DNA of 32,895 nt, taken from Candidatus Sericytochromatia bacterium. GTDB taxonomy: Bacteria > Cyanobacteriota > Sericytochromatia > S15B-MN24 > UBA4093. Position numbers and translations under genes: made by a program. A model generated the notes under the pieces. It ran no database searches, was not told the origin of the DNA, and saw only the letters and a list, made by a program, of their open reading frames with translations. Each line of letters opens with the position of its first letter. Position 1 is the stretch's first letter. The stretch spans positions 1-32,895 of the forward strand of contig JAKFCT010000077.1 in assembly GCA_036676495.1 (NCBI GenBank), given 5' to 3'. This document shows positions 17,661 through 28,622 of the stretch, one piece after another.

Positions 17661-20289
17661 AGAACCACCCGTGGCGGCGGCCCATGGCGACTGCTTGCGT
17701 GCGGTTCGAGGCCCCCAGCTTGCCCAGGAGGTTGCTGCTATGGCGCTTCACGGTGCTGAGCTCGATGCCGAGGTGATCGGCGATCGCCTGGTTGGACATG
17801 CCCTCGGCGATCAGCGCCAGCACCTCGCGCTCGCGGGCGCTCAACGGCTCCACGAGACCTCCGTCGTCGGCGGCGTCAGGCACGAGACGCTTGACGAAGG
17901 CTCCCAGCACGGCCGTCGGAGCGCCTCGGCGCAGCCAGACGTCCAAGAGCCGCCGCATGGGCTCTCCCTCCTCCAGGAAGGGCGCGAGGACGCCTTCGGG
18001 CTCCGCGGCGCTCAGGGCCGCTTCCAGGACGCTCAGCGCCCGCTCGCGCTCTCCGGCGGCGTCGAGGGCCAAAGCCAAGCTCGCCCGCGCGGCGATGGCG
18101 AGCGGCATGCGCCCCACCCGGAGGGCATCCGCTTCGACCCGCTCCAAGAGGGCAATCCCATCGGCGGGTCGCTCCGTAGCCAGGCGCAGCTTCGCCAGGA
18201 GGCGTCGCCCATCCCGCAGAGGCCAGTGAGGTGGGCCTTCGAGCAGGCGCGGCCCCATGGCCCGCTCCCAGGCAAGCATGGCCTCCCGGTCGGCCGGGCC
18301 CGTCGTCCCGCCGTGAAGGGCGCGCTGGACCTCCAGGTAGCCGTCGAGATAAGTGAGACGGTGACGGGAAGCGACCTCCCGCGCGCGCTCCGTGAGGAGC
18401 GCGGCCTCGGCAAGGACTCCGTGCCGGGCGCGTAGGCGAATGGCCGCCAGCGCGTGAAGGCTGTTGACGGTCGGCTCCACAAAACCCTCCCCGGCGGCCA
18501 TTCCCGCTTCCGCGAGCGTCAGCCCTTCCTCCAGATGTCCCCTGAGGGCCATGACCCCTGACAACGACGAGAGCACGTAGCTGATCGGAGGCCAGCCGCG
18601 CCCCGTCCGCGCTTCCACCTGGCGCAACGTCTCGCTCAAGAGGGCATGTGCCTCAGTGAGCCTCCCCTGATCCAGCAACAAGGCCCCCTTCAGGCCTTGG
18701 GCCATGACGCTGAAAAGGCTATCCCCCTGACGAAGACAGGCGGCGATGGCGCGGTCGTAAGCGTCCTCGGCCTCTTCCAGCCGATCGCCCAGTTGCAGGC
18801 ATGAGGCCATGGTCAACGCGACCGCGGTGTACCACATCCAGTCCTCGACGGCCAGGTCCACGAGCGCGTCGCGCGCGAAGGCGACCGCCGCCGGGAAGTC
18901 CCCTTCGATGCGCGCGACGAAGCTCTTCACCGCCAAGAGGCGAGGCGCATCGCCCGGAACGGCGACCGGCTCGGCCCGACGAAGACAGCGCTTGAGCGGT
19001 TCGGCCTGCCCGGAGGGGAAAAGCACCCAAGCCATGAGGAGATTGAGGTCGGCACGCCGGTCGAAGCAGGCCTCGGGAAGCGCCTTGAGGGCGGAGACGA
19101 GGGTCGAGACCTCCCCGCGGCGCAACACGTCCTCGGCCGAGACCACCAAATCCGCCGCCCGGTCATAGTCCTGGGCTTTGAGGGCGTGGGCGATCGCCTC
19201 CACGGACGCGCCGTGGGCCTCGAACCAGCGTGACGCCCCGGCGTGGAGCTCCTGGGCGCGATCTGGGTCGCGCTTTTGAAGGTGGTGGCGCAGCATGTCG
19301 GCGAAGAGGTGGTGGTAACGATACCAGCGACGCTCTTCGTCGAGGGGCACCAGGAAGAGGTTGGCTTGATCGAGCGCTTCGAGGAGGTCCTGGCTGTCGG
19401 AGCGCCCCGTCAACGCCGCGCAGAGCACGGCGTCGAAGCGCTCGAGGATGCTGGTCTCCATGAGGAAGCGCTGGAGGGGCTCGGATTGGAGGCTGAGGGC
19501 CTCCTCGGCGAGGTAGTCCATGACGTAACGGTTGGTGCCCGCGAAGGCCGTGATGAAGGCCCGGGGATCGGGCGCGCGCCGCAGGGAGAGGGCCGCCAAC
19601 TGGAGGCCGGCGATCCAGCCCTCGGTGGTTCGCAGCAAGGTGGCGCGATCCGCCGGATCGAGCTCCAGGCCCATGGTCGCAAGCAGGAAGTCCGCCGCCT
19701 CGGAATCGGTGAAGCGGAGGTCCGCGGCGCGCACCTCGCTGAGCTTGCCCTGTGCGCGCAGGCGAGCGAGCGGGACGGAGGGATCCGCGCGCGTGACGAG
19801 CACGAGGCGCATGCCGTCCGGCAGGTGCTCGGAGAGTTGCGCGATGCCTTCCAGCAAGGCGGGATGCGCGAGGGCGTGGAAATCGTCGAGGACGAGGATC
19901 AGGGGCTGGGGATCGGAGGCCAGGGCATTGAGGATGCCCTCGACGAGTGCCCGGTACGAGGGCAGCGGCGCGTCCAGGAAGGCAAAGGCCCGGTCCTTGA
20001 AGTCTCCGAGCCGGCCGCCGAGCGCCGCGAGGAAGTGGTTCCAGAAGCGGACCGGATCGTTATCGGCCTCGTCCAGAGACAGCCAGGCGACATGGGGGGC
20101 CTCCGGATGGCTCGCGATCCAGGCGGCGACCGCCGAGGTCTTGCCGAAGCCGGGAGGAGCCGAGACGAGGGTCAAACGGCAGTCGGCGCCGCCCTGAATG
20201 AGCGCGGAGAGGCGGGAGCGCTTCACCTGCCGCGCGTCGGGGCGCGGCAGGTGAAGCTTGGTCGTGAGGATGGAGGGAGCCGGGGTCAC
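17659..20289 (-). CDS. MalT-family STAND ATPase-TPR-LuxR transcriptional regulator
   Basis: ILTTKL..P, Walker A APPGFGKTS, WLSLD..DNDP.RF, Walker B LVLDDFH, TEGW.AGLQL, YRYHHLFAD, C-terminal LSAREREVL...SN..IA..L...STVK.H...KLG..NRTQAV. Start placed at GTG 20289. Confidence 0.93.
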   Translation of the reverse strand: MTPAPSILTTKLHLPRPDARQVKRSRLSALIQGGADCRLTLVSAPPGFGKTSAVAAWIASHPEAPHVAWLSLDEADNDPVRFWNHFLAALGGRLGDFKDRAFAFLDAPLPSYRALVEGILNALASDPQPLILVLDDFHALAHPALLEGIAQLSEHLPDGMRLVLVTRADPSVPLARLRAQGKLSEVRAADLRFTDSEAADFLLATMGLELDPADRATLLRTTEGWIAGLQLAALSLRRAPDPRAFITAFAGTNRYVMDYLAEEALSLQSEPLQRFLMETSILERFDAVLCAALTGRSDSQDLLEALDQANLFLVPLDEERRWYRYHHLFADMLRHHLQKRDPDRAQELHAGASRWFEAHGASVEAIAHALKAQDYDRAADLVVSAEDVLRRGEVSTLVSALKALPEACFDRRADLNLLMAWVLFPSGQAEPLKRCLRRAEPVAVPGDAPRLLAVKSFVARIEGDFPAAVAFARDALVDLAVEDWMWYTAVALTMASCLQLGDRLEEAEDAYDRAIAACLRQGDSLFSVMAQGLKGALLLDQGRLTEAHALLSETLRQVEARTGRGWPPISYVLSSLSGVMALRGHLEEGLTLAEAGMAAGEGFVEPTVNSLHALAAIRLRARHGVLAEAALLTERAREVASRHRLTYLDGYLEVQRALHGGTTGPADREAMLAWERAMGPRLLEGPPHWPLRDGRRLLAKLRLATERPADGIALLERVEADALRVGRMPLAIAARASLALALDAAGERERALSVLEAALSAAEPEGVLAPFLEEGEPMRRLLDVWLRRGAPTAVLGAFVKRLVPDAADDGGLVEPLSAREREVLALIAEGMSNQAIADHLGIELSTVKRHSSNLLGKLGASNRTQAVAMGRRHGWF

Positions 20290-20303
20290 GGGGCGGTTCG
20301 GTC

Positions 20304-20930
20304 TCAGCGGGCCGCCGGCTGGTAGACCGGGCGGACCAGATCGAAGCGGTCCGTGGTACGGGCGTAGGTGGCGCCGGCCATGCGACCCACGGCGGCCAGC
20401 TTCTCGGGATCGATCCGGCCCTGGTCGTAAAGCTCGTCCCAGATATGGAAGCGCAGAACCTCGCCGATGATGAGGGTACCGCCACCGGGGCCATTGCCGA
20501 CTTCGACGGTCTGGATCAGCTTGCACTCCATATTGATGGGGCTCTCGGCGACCCGCGGAGGGCGCACCACCTCGCTGGGCATCGGAGTGAGGCCGGCCTC
20601 TTCGAATTCGTTGACGCCATGCGGGAAATCCGCCGAGGTCACGTTCATCCTCTCCACGAGGGGCTCGTTGACGATGTTGACGACGTACTCGCCGGTCTCC
20701 TCGATGTTGCGAAGGGTGTCCTTCTTCAGGGCCTCAGGGCCGCGCCGCATGACCGAGAAGACCACGGACATGGGGCTGGAGCCCACGACGTTGAAGAAAC
20801 TGAAGGGAGCCAGGTTGAGCTCACCCTGCGCGTCCATCGACGAGACGAAGGCGATGGGGCGAGGCACGACCGAGCCGTTGAGGAGCTTGTAGCGGTCCTG
20901 ATGGGTCAGGGTCTGGGGGTCGATGATCAC
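20304..20930 (-). CDS. Flavin reductase-like FMN-binding split-barrel protein
   Basis: YKLL.GSVVPRPIAFVSS, NLAPFSFFN, KDTLRNI..TGEYVVN, PPRVAESP..MEC, VGRMAG..Y; GTGA overlap with hmgA. Confidence 0.9.
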   Translation of the reverse strand: MIIDPQTLTHQDRYKLLNGSVVPRPIAFVSSMDAQGELNLAPFSFFNVVGSSPMSVVFSVMRRGPEALKKDTLRNIEETGEYVVNIVNEPLVERMNVTSADFPHGVNEFEEAGLTPMPSEVVRPPRVAESPINMECKLIQTVEVGNGPGGGTLIIGEVLRFHIWDELYDQGRIDPEKLAAVGRMAGATYARTTDRFDLVRPVYQPAAR

Positions 20931-22057
20931 CGGGCGACCTCTTTCGTCGGCACCATGTCCGGCTTCCAGGAGTTCACGTAGTCGGCCCATTCCACGCCCT
21001 CGGCCGCCTTGGCGATCTTCAGGGGGTAGCGGGTATCGACCATGACAGCGATCTCGTCGGTCTTCTCCAGCTCGGCGACCTTCGATGCGGCCTTGGGGTG
21101 CGGGCCGTGGTGGATGCCCTGGGGGTGCAGGGTCAGCATGCCGGGCTTGATGTGCTGGCGGCTGAAGAAGTCCCCGTCGTGGTAGAAGAGCACCTCATCG
21201 TAATCGATGTTGCGGTGATAGAACGGAACCCGCATCGCTTCGGGCTCCGACTCGAACGGCCGCGGCACGAACGTGCAGATCACGAAGTTTCCGCCCAGGA
21301 AGGTGGTGTGAACCGAGGGGGGAAGGTGGTAGCGGTGGCTCATGATGGGCCGGATGTCGCGGACGTTGAGCTTGAAGGCGGTGAGATCGCCCTTCCAGCC
21401 GACGACGTCCATGGGGTTGAAGGGGTACCAGACCGAGGTGTACTCGCCCAGGCGCTTGATCCGGACCTCGTACTCGCGGCTGTCGTCCAGAATGGGGGCG
21501 GGTTCGGGGGTGACCAGCACGCCCGGATCGAAGATGGCGTTGGGGCCCAGGGGGCCACGGTCGGGGATGTCGATCTCGCCCTTGGACTCGATGATCAGGA
21601 AGAAGTTGTCCGAGGTGCGCGGGACCACGCGGTAGGTGGTGCCGCGGGGGATCACGACGTAGTCTCCGCGCTCGAACTCCAGGGGGCCGAAGTCGGTCTC
21701 GATGCTGCCCTCGCCCCGGTGCACGAAGTAGACGTCATCGCCGTCGGCGTTGCGGAAGTAGTAGGGCATGGGCTCGGAGAGACGCGAGATCTTGAGAGCC
21801 ACGTCATCGTTGTAGAGGACGGTGACGGGCTCTCCGCGGAGGGCGTCGCGGGAGTCGGTGGGCTCCAGCTCCGAGAGGTAGTAGGCATGGGGCTTGAGGG
21901 GGCCCTCGATGCGGGTCCAGTCGGTGGGGCGGTGAGTCCGGTAGAGGTGGCTGGTCTTGCCGAAGAAGCCCTTGCGGGCGTGTTCTTCCTCGTAGGTGCC
22001 CTCGGGGATGCCGACATGGGCCTGGGGGGTCACCTTGCCTTTAGACAGCGGGAACAT
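20927..22057 (-). CDS. hmgA: Homogentisate 1,2-dioxygenase
   Basis: EE...KGFFG..S.LY, RNADGD, DVVGW.G, HLPPSVH.TF, VICTFVPR, PFYHRNIDYDEVLFY, LHPQGIHHGP (Fe ligands), AVMVDT. Confidence 0.93.
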   Translation of the reverse strand: MFPLSKGKVTPQAHVGIPEGTYEEEHARKGFFGKTSHLYRTHRPTDWTRIEGPLKPHAYYLSELEPTDSRDALRGEPVTVLYNDDVALKISRLSEPMPYYFRNADGDDVYFVHRGEGSIETDFGPLEFERGDYVVIPRGTTYRVVPRTSDNFFLIIESKGEIDIPDRGPLGPNAIFDPGVLVTPEPAPILDDSREYEVRIKRLGEYTSVWYPFNPMDVVGWKGDLTAFKLNVRDIRPIMSHRYHLPPSVHTTFLGGNFVICTFVPRPFESEPEAMRVPFYHRNIDYDEVLFYHDGDFFSRQHIKPGMLTLHPQGIHHGPHPKAASKVAELEKTDEIAVMVDTRYPLKIAKAAEGVEWADYVNSWKPDMVPTKEVAR

Positions 22058-23054
22058 GCATGCCCTCCTTCACGGGCGCGCCGACGCGGTTACGCAGGAC
22101 GCCCAGGTTCGTGATCTCCAGTTCGATGAGGTCGCCGGGCTGGACCCAGCGATCGAGTTCGTAGCCGCAGCCGCCTCCGACGGTGCCGGAGCCGAAGACG
22201 TCGCCGGGGTAGAGGGTCTCCGAGCGGGAGACGTAGGCGATCATCTGGGGGAAGGTCCAGTGGGAGGTGCCGGAGTTGCCGTCGGACCAGAGCTCTCCGT
22301 TGACCTTGGCGGTCATGCGGAGGTTGCGGGGGTCTCCGACCTCGTCGGGGGTGACGAGCCAGGGGCCCATGCCGGTGGCGAAGTCCTTGCCCTTGGCGGG
22401 GCCGAGGCGGAGCTGGACTTCCTGCATCTGGACGTCGCGGGCGGAGAAGTCGTTGAAGATGCAGTAGCCCGCGATGTACTCATGGGCCCGTTCGACGGGG
22501 ATGTCCCGGCCTTCCTTGCCGATGATGCAGGCGATCTCGAGCTCGTAGTCGAACTTTTGGGTGAAGGGGGGCCACTCGACGGTGGTGTCGGGGCCGACGA
22601 TGGAGCGGGGGTTGCCCTTGTAGTAGACGGGGATCTCGTACCAGAGGGCGGGCATCTCCTGGCCGCGGCGCTCGTAGCCGCGCTTGGTGTGGGCCTCGAA
22701 GGCGAGGAAGTCGCGGATCAGGTTGGCCTGGGGAAGGGGGGCGAGCAGTTTGACGTCCTCGAGGCGGTGGACCAGGCGCTCGGCGTTGGGGCCGCAGGGC
22801 TCCTGGCCCAGGCGGGGCTGCAAGGCGTCCAGGGCGTCGCGGGCAGCGTCCATGGCCGGCGTCCCGCCTTCGAGGAAGGCGAGCATGTCGGGGGGGACGA
22901 GGGCGTCGGCGACGCGCTGGGGGCGTCCGTGGCCGCGCTCGGCGAGCATGCGGGCGGTGGCGAAGTTGAGGTCGACGACGCCCTCCGCGCAGAGCGCGCC
23001 GATCCGGCGCATGCGGCCCAGGGGAGAGGCGAGTTCAAACGTGACGAGCTTCAT
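22041..23054 (-). CDS. fahA: Fumarylacetoacetate hydrolase family protein (probable fumarylacetoacetase)
   Basis: RDFLAFEAH, PVYYKGN, DYELE, NDFSARD.Q, KGKDFA, GPWLVT, GSGT; adjacent to hmgA. Confidence 0.85.
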   Translation of the reverse strand: MKLVTFELASPLGRMRRIGALCAEGVVDLNFATARMLAERGHGRPQRVADALVPPDMLAFLEGGTPAMDAARDALDALQPRLGQEPCGPNAERLVHRLEDVKLLAPLPQANLIRDFLAFEAHTKRGYERRGQEMPALWYEIPVYYKGNPRSIVGPDTTVEWPPFTQKFDYELEIACIIGKEGRDIPVERAHEYIAGYCIFNDFSARDVQMQEVQLRLGPAKGKDFATGMGPWLVTPDEVGDPRNLRMTAKVNGELWSDGNSGTSHWTFPQMIAYVSRSETLYPGDVFGSGTVGGGCGYELDRWVQPGDLIELEITNLGVLRNRVGAPVKEGMHVPAV

Positions 23055-23102
23055 GGCAGCGTCCTTCTAGGTAGGTGCAGCGCGGTCCGGGGGGTTGGCT
23101 TG

Positions 23103-23169
23103 ATCGTAGCACAGGGCTCCGTCATGAGCCAGGACGGGTGAGTTTGGTCACTGCCGGAGGCGGTATAAT
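23103..23169. promoter_or_regulatory. Back-to-back -10 elements for fahA (minus) and mini-mscS (plus)
   Basis: Minus strand TGcTACGAT at 23111-23103; plus strand perfect TATAAT at 23164-23169. Confidence 0.5.
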
Positions 23170-23206
23170 AGACGACAAGAGGCCGTTTTCAGACCCGGGA
23201 GTCGTC

Positions 23207-23719
23207 ATGTCGCTGTGGTCGCCGAGTAACATTTTGGCAGGCTTGGTCCTGAACATCCGTCGTCCGTTCGTGATGGGCGATCGGATTCGTTTCGGCGAGC
23301 ACGAAGGGGAGGTGGTGGAGCCGGCCTTCCTGTTCACCCGGCTGCGCACGGCGCAGCAGATCGAGGTGATCATTCCGAACGGCTTGTTCCTGAAGGCTCC
23401 CATCGAGCAGCTGTCGACCGACAGCGGGTTGATCGTGGGCTGCGAGGTGCGGGTGGGCTACCACGTGGGTCGGGAGATGGTGGAGCTGATGCTGCTGGAG
23501 GCGGCGCAGCGGGTGGGAGGGATCACGGACGATCCGATGCCGTTCGTGCGGATCTCCGGCCTGGACGAGCGGGCGATCACCTACGAGCTCTGCGTGCACA
23601 TGCCGAAGCCGCAAGCGAAGGACCACCTGCTCTCGGACTTGCGGGCGAGCATCGTGGACGTCTTCGCCGAGAACCGGGTCATGACGGGCCCGGACGCGCC
23701 CGCTTCCACGCCCCGCTAG
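23207..23719 (+). CDS. MscS-family protein with only TM3b plus the cytoplasmic domains (no membrane-spanning helices)
   Basis: GGGAG RBS then MSLWSPSNILAGLVLNIRRPFVMGDRI....EGEV......TRLRT......IPN; C-terminal domain VGY...P.V......I.YEL. Confidence 0.8.
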   Translation: MSLWSPSNILAGLVLNIRRPFVMGDRIRFGEHEGEVVEPAFLFTRLRTAQQIEVIIPNGLFLKAPIEQLSTDSGLIVGCEVRVGYHVGREMVELMLLEAAQRVGGITDDPMPFVRISGLDERAITYELCVHMPKPQAKDHLLSDLRASIVDVFAENRVMTGPDAPASTPR

Positions 23720-23884
23720 CGTTCGAGCGCCCAATTCCACGAGGCTTTTCGTCTTCCCCGTCCAGGGTCGCCTGGGGCCCTTCGCCTTTAAGATGAGGCC
23801 GGGCGTGCCCGGGCCAAGCCGCGCCATGCCGCCCCGCCCCCCGCCCGCTCCAGGGGGGACGCCACACGGGAGACGGGAGGCAGC

Positions 23885-26269
<2,385 letters not shown>

Positions 26270-26329
26270 AGCCAGGCTTGCCGGATGCTAGCATGAGGGG
26301 TCATCCTCCCTCTCGCCCCCCGGAGCCCC

Positions 26330-27892
26330 ATGCCCAGCTTCGCTATTCCCGCCGCCCTCGAATGGCCCCTGGTCCTGCTCGCCGCGGGTTTCGCCTTCGC
26401 CGCCGGGCTCGCGCTCTACCGCGTCGCCTTCGGCCCCATGCTGCTCTGGGCGCTGCGCGCCAACGCCAGCCGCGCCCAGATCGCGGTCCAGCGCCTCGGA
26501 GGCCCCTATGCCCTCATGGTGGGGGCCCTGGCGGCCAACATCCTCCGCGTGATGACCGGAGATACGCTCGACTGGTGGCTCGGAGCGATCGCGGTTCCCG
26601 CCGTCCTCCTCTTCGCCATCGAGGCCTTGCGGCTCGCCGTCGTCGACGTGGTCATCGCCTCGAAGCGCGGAACCCCCATCCCCAAGATCCTCAAGGACAT
26701 CGTCTTCGGCCTGCTCTACCTGACGGCCGGCCTCGCTTGCCTCGGCAGCATCTTCAAGGTCGACATCGCCCCGTTCCTCACCACCTCGGCCATCCTCTCG
26801 GTCGTGCTCGGTCTCGCCCTCCAGGACACGCTCGGCAACCTCTTCGCCGGGGTCGCCATCAACCTCGACCGCCCCTTCTCCATCGGAGACTGGGTCGAGG
26901 TCGACGGCCAGAAGGGCCAGGTCCACGAGATCACCTGGCGCGCCACCAAGATCCTCACCCGCCAGCACCAGATGATCGTCGTCCCTAACTCTCAGATCGC
27001 CAAGGTCCGGATCGTCAACTTCTCCTCGCCCACCACCACCTACGGGGAAGTGATCGAGCTGCGCGCCTCCTTCAACGTCCCTCCCAACCAGATCCGCGAC
27101 GCGGTCTTCGAGGTCGCCGCCAAGATCCCGGGCATCCTTCAAACGCCTCCCCCCGAGATCAACCTCTTGAACTACGCCGAGTCGGCCCTCATCTACCGCC
27201 TGGTCGTCTGGATCGACGACGCCGCCCGGGCCGTCCCCCTCCGCGGCGCGCTGCTGGAGGGTCTTTGGTTCCACTTCAAGCGCAAGGGCTTCGATATGCC
27301 GTTCCCCGTCCGGGAGGTCTACCTCCACGACGCCAAGGTCGAGCAGGAGGCCGCCCTCGACGCGGCGAAGGCCTCCCTGCGGAAGGTCGACTTCATGCGG
27401 GAGTTCGACGGCGCGGTCCGCGACGAGATTGCCCGCCACGCCCAGCACGCGATCTTCGCACCAAAGGAAACGATCTTCCGCCAGGGAGATCGCGGCGGCA
27501 GCCTCTTCATCATCCTGCGGGGCGAGGTGATGCTGCAGCTCGACGATGCGCGAGGCTCCCAGCCCCTGGCGCATCTGCGCGCCGGATCCTACTTCGGGGA
27601 GATGTCGCTGCTCACGGGCGAGCCGCGCACCGCCACGGCGCGCGCGGTCACCGACTGCGACCTGCTGGTGATCGACGAGCAACTCCTCGGGCCGCTACTG
27701 GAAGCCCACCCGGAGGTCCTGGAGTCGGTAAGCCGGATCATCGCCCAGCGACGGGCCGGCATGGACGAGGTCCGGCAGAGCATGGCCGAACGCCAGAGCC
27801 GGATCCCGCAGCCGATGCCCCAGGAGGTCGGAGTGGAGGAAGCTTCGCACGAGATCCTCGCGAAGATTCGCTCCTTCTTCAAGCTCACCTAG
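26330..27892 (+). CDS. MscS-family channel fused to a C-terminal cyclic-nucleotide-binding domain (bCNG-like)
   Basis: N-terminal TM helices; VLGLALQDTLGNLFAG...RPFSIGDWV, ITWRAT, VPNS; CNBD IFRQGD....FII..GEV...FGEMSLLTGEPRTATARA. Confidence 0.93.
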   Translation: MPSFAIPAALEWPLVLLAAGFAFAAGLALYRVAFGPMLLWALRANASRAQIAVQRLGGPYALMVGALAANILRVMTGDTLDWWLGAIAVPAVLLFAIEALRLAVVDVVIASKRGTPIPKILKDIVFGLLYLTAGLACLGSIFKVDIAPFLTTSAILSVVLGLALQDTLGNLFAGVAINLDRPFSIGDWVEVDGQKGQVHEITWRATKILTRQHQMIVVPNSQIAKVRIVNFSSPTTTYGEVIELRASFNVPPNQIRDAVFEVAAKIPGILQTPPPEINLLNYAESALIYRLVVWIDDAARAVPLRGALLEGLWFHFKRKGFDMPFPVREVYLHDAKVEQEAALDAAKASLRKVDFMREFDGAVRDEIARHAQHAIFAPKETIFRQGDRGGSLFIILRGEVMLQLDDARGSQPLAHLRAGSYFGEMSLLTGEPRTATARAVTDCDLLVIDEQLLGPLLEAHPEVLESVSRIIAQRRAGMDEVRQSMAERQSRIPQPMPQEVGVEEASHEILAKIRSFFKLT

Positions 27893-27920
27893 GCCCTTTG
27901 AGGCTCCGCGGCATCCCGGC

Positions 27921-28343
27921 TCACGCTCCCGGATCGAACGGCACGATTTCAGGCTGGCGAAGCTGGGCTCCCAGCCCCGCCCCGTCGAAATAGGCCCAGG
28001 ACCGGACGATCATGCCGTCCTGGAAGTCGAGCACCGTCACTCCCTCGTAGACGATGGCCTGGCCATGCCGCCCTTTGGCCTTGCAGGTCCACTCCAGGGC
28101 CGCCCGCCGCTCGTCGGCGATGACGTTGCGAAACGCCGAGCGCACCTCCTTGAAGGTGTTCCGGTACATGGTCCAGAAGTTCCGGGCCCCGTTCCGTCCC
28201 TGAAGCGGCAGGGGCTCGAGGACGTTTCCGATGGTGGCATCGTCCCGGTAGAGTGCGACCAGGTCGTCGAGTCGACCGTCCCGCTCCAGCTGCTCCAGGG
28301 CCTGGATGAAGCGCGCCGCCGGCGCCTCGAGCGTCCTGTCCAT
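27921..28343 (-). CDS. SnoaL-like/NTF2-fold protein
   Basis: LVALYRDDA...GRNGARNFW...AALEW....G....YEGVTVLDF.DG.I....YFD; GGAGG RBS before ATG 28343. Confidence 0.85.
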   Translation of the reverse strand: MDRTLEAPAARFIQALEQLERDGRLDDLVALYRDDATIGNVLEPLPLQGRNGARNFWTMYRNTFKEVRSAFRNVIADERRAALEWTCKAKGRHGQAIVYEGVTVLDFQDGMIVRSWAYFDGAGLGAQLRQPEIVPFDPGA

Positions 28344-28464
28344 CTGCCCCTCCCCCTTCGAATGCCGCCTCCCCGTCACCGGTCATGGTAAGTCGGACTC
28401 CGCGGGATGGCACCAATCGACCTGACGACGCCCGCCGAGACCTGTCCATGGACCGGCCGCGTTC

Positions 28465-28494
28465 AAAGAAAAACCCCTGCGCGGAGCGCAGGGG
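28465..28494 (-). terminator. Intrinsic terminator
   Basis: CCCCTGCGC-TCC-GCGCAGGGG followed by TTTTTCTTT on the minus strand. Confidence 0.85.
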
Positions 28495-28548
28495 CCGGAG
28501 GGAGTCGATCCGATGAGTGCTTAGCTGTACGGAGGATCCCCCTCTTGA
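28465..28548 (-). ncRNA. Candidate small regulatory RNA (~85 nt; 5' end estimated from the -10)
   Basis: Own -10 (TATCCT, 28560-28555), no ORF, a CUCCCUCC segment, then an intrinsic terminator. Confidence 0.5.
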
Positions 28549-28622
28549 ATGCTCAGGATACGCTCCTGGCTCGGGGATGACATCCGTATGCAGTACTGAA
28601 CTTTCGTCGGTTCCCGCGATCC

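Noticed and set aside
20290-20526. N-terminal extension of the MalT-like ORF to 955 aa
   Set aside because: It overlaps the flavin-reductase gene, and family similarity begins at ILTTKL just after GTG 20289.
23075-23206. Upstream extension that might supply the missing MscS TM helices
   Set aside because: The 44 extra residues are hydrophilic and span the promoter elements, so they contain no membrane helix.
28497-28524. Plus-strand GGAGGGAG followed by ATG as a small-peptide gene
   Set aside because: It encodes only Met-Ser-Ala-stop, and the terminator polarity and -10 point to minus-strand transcription.
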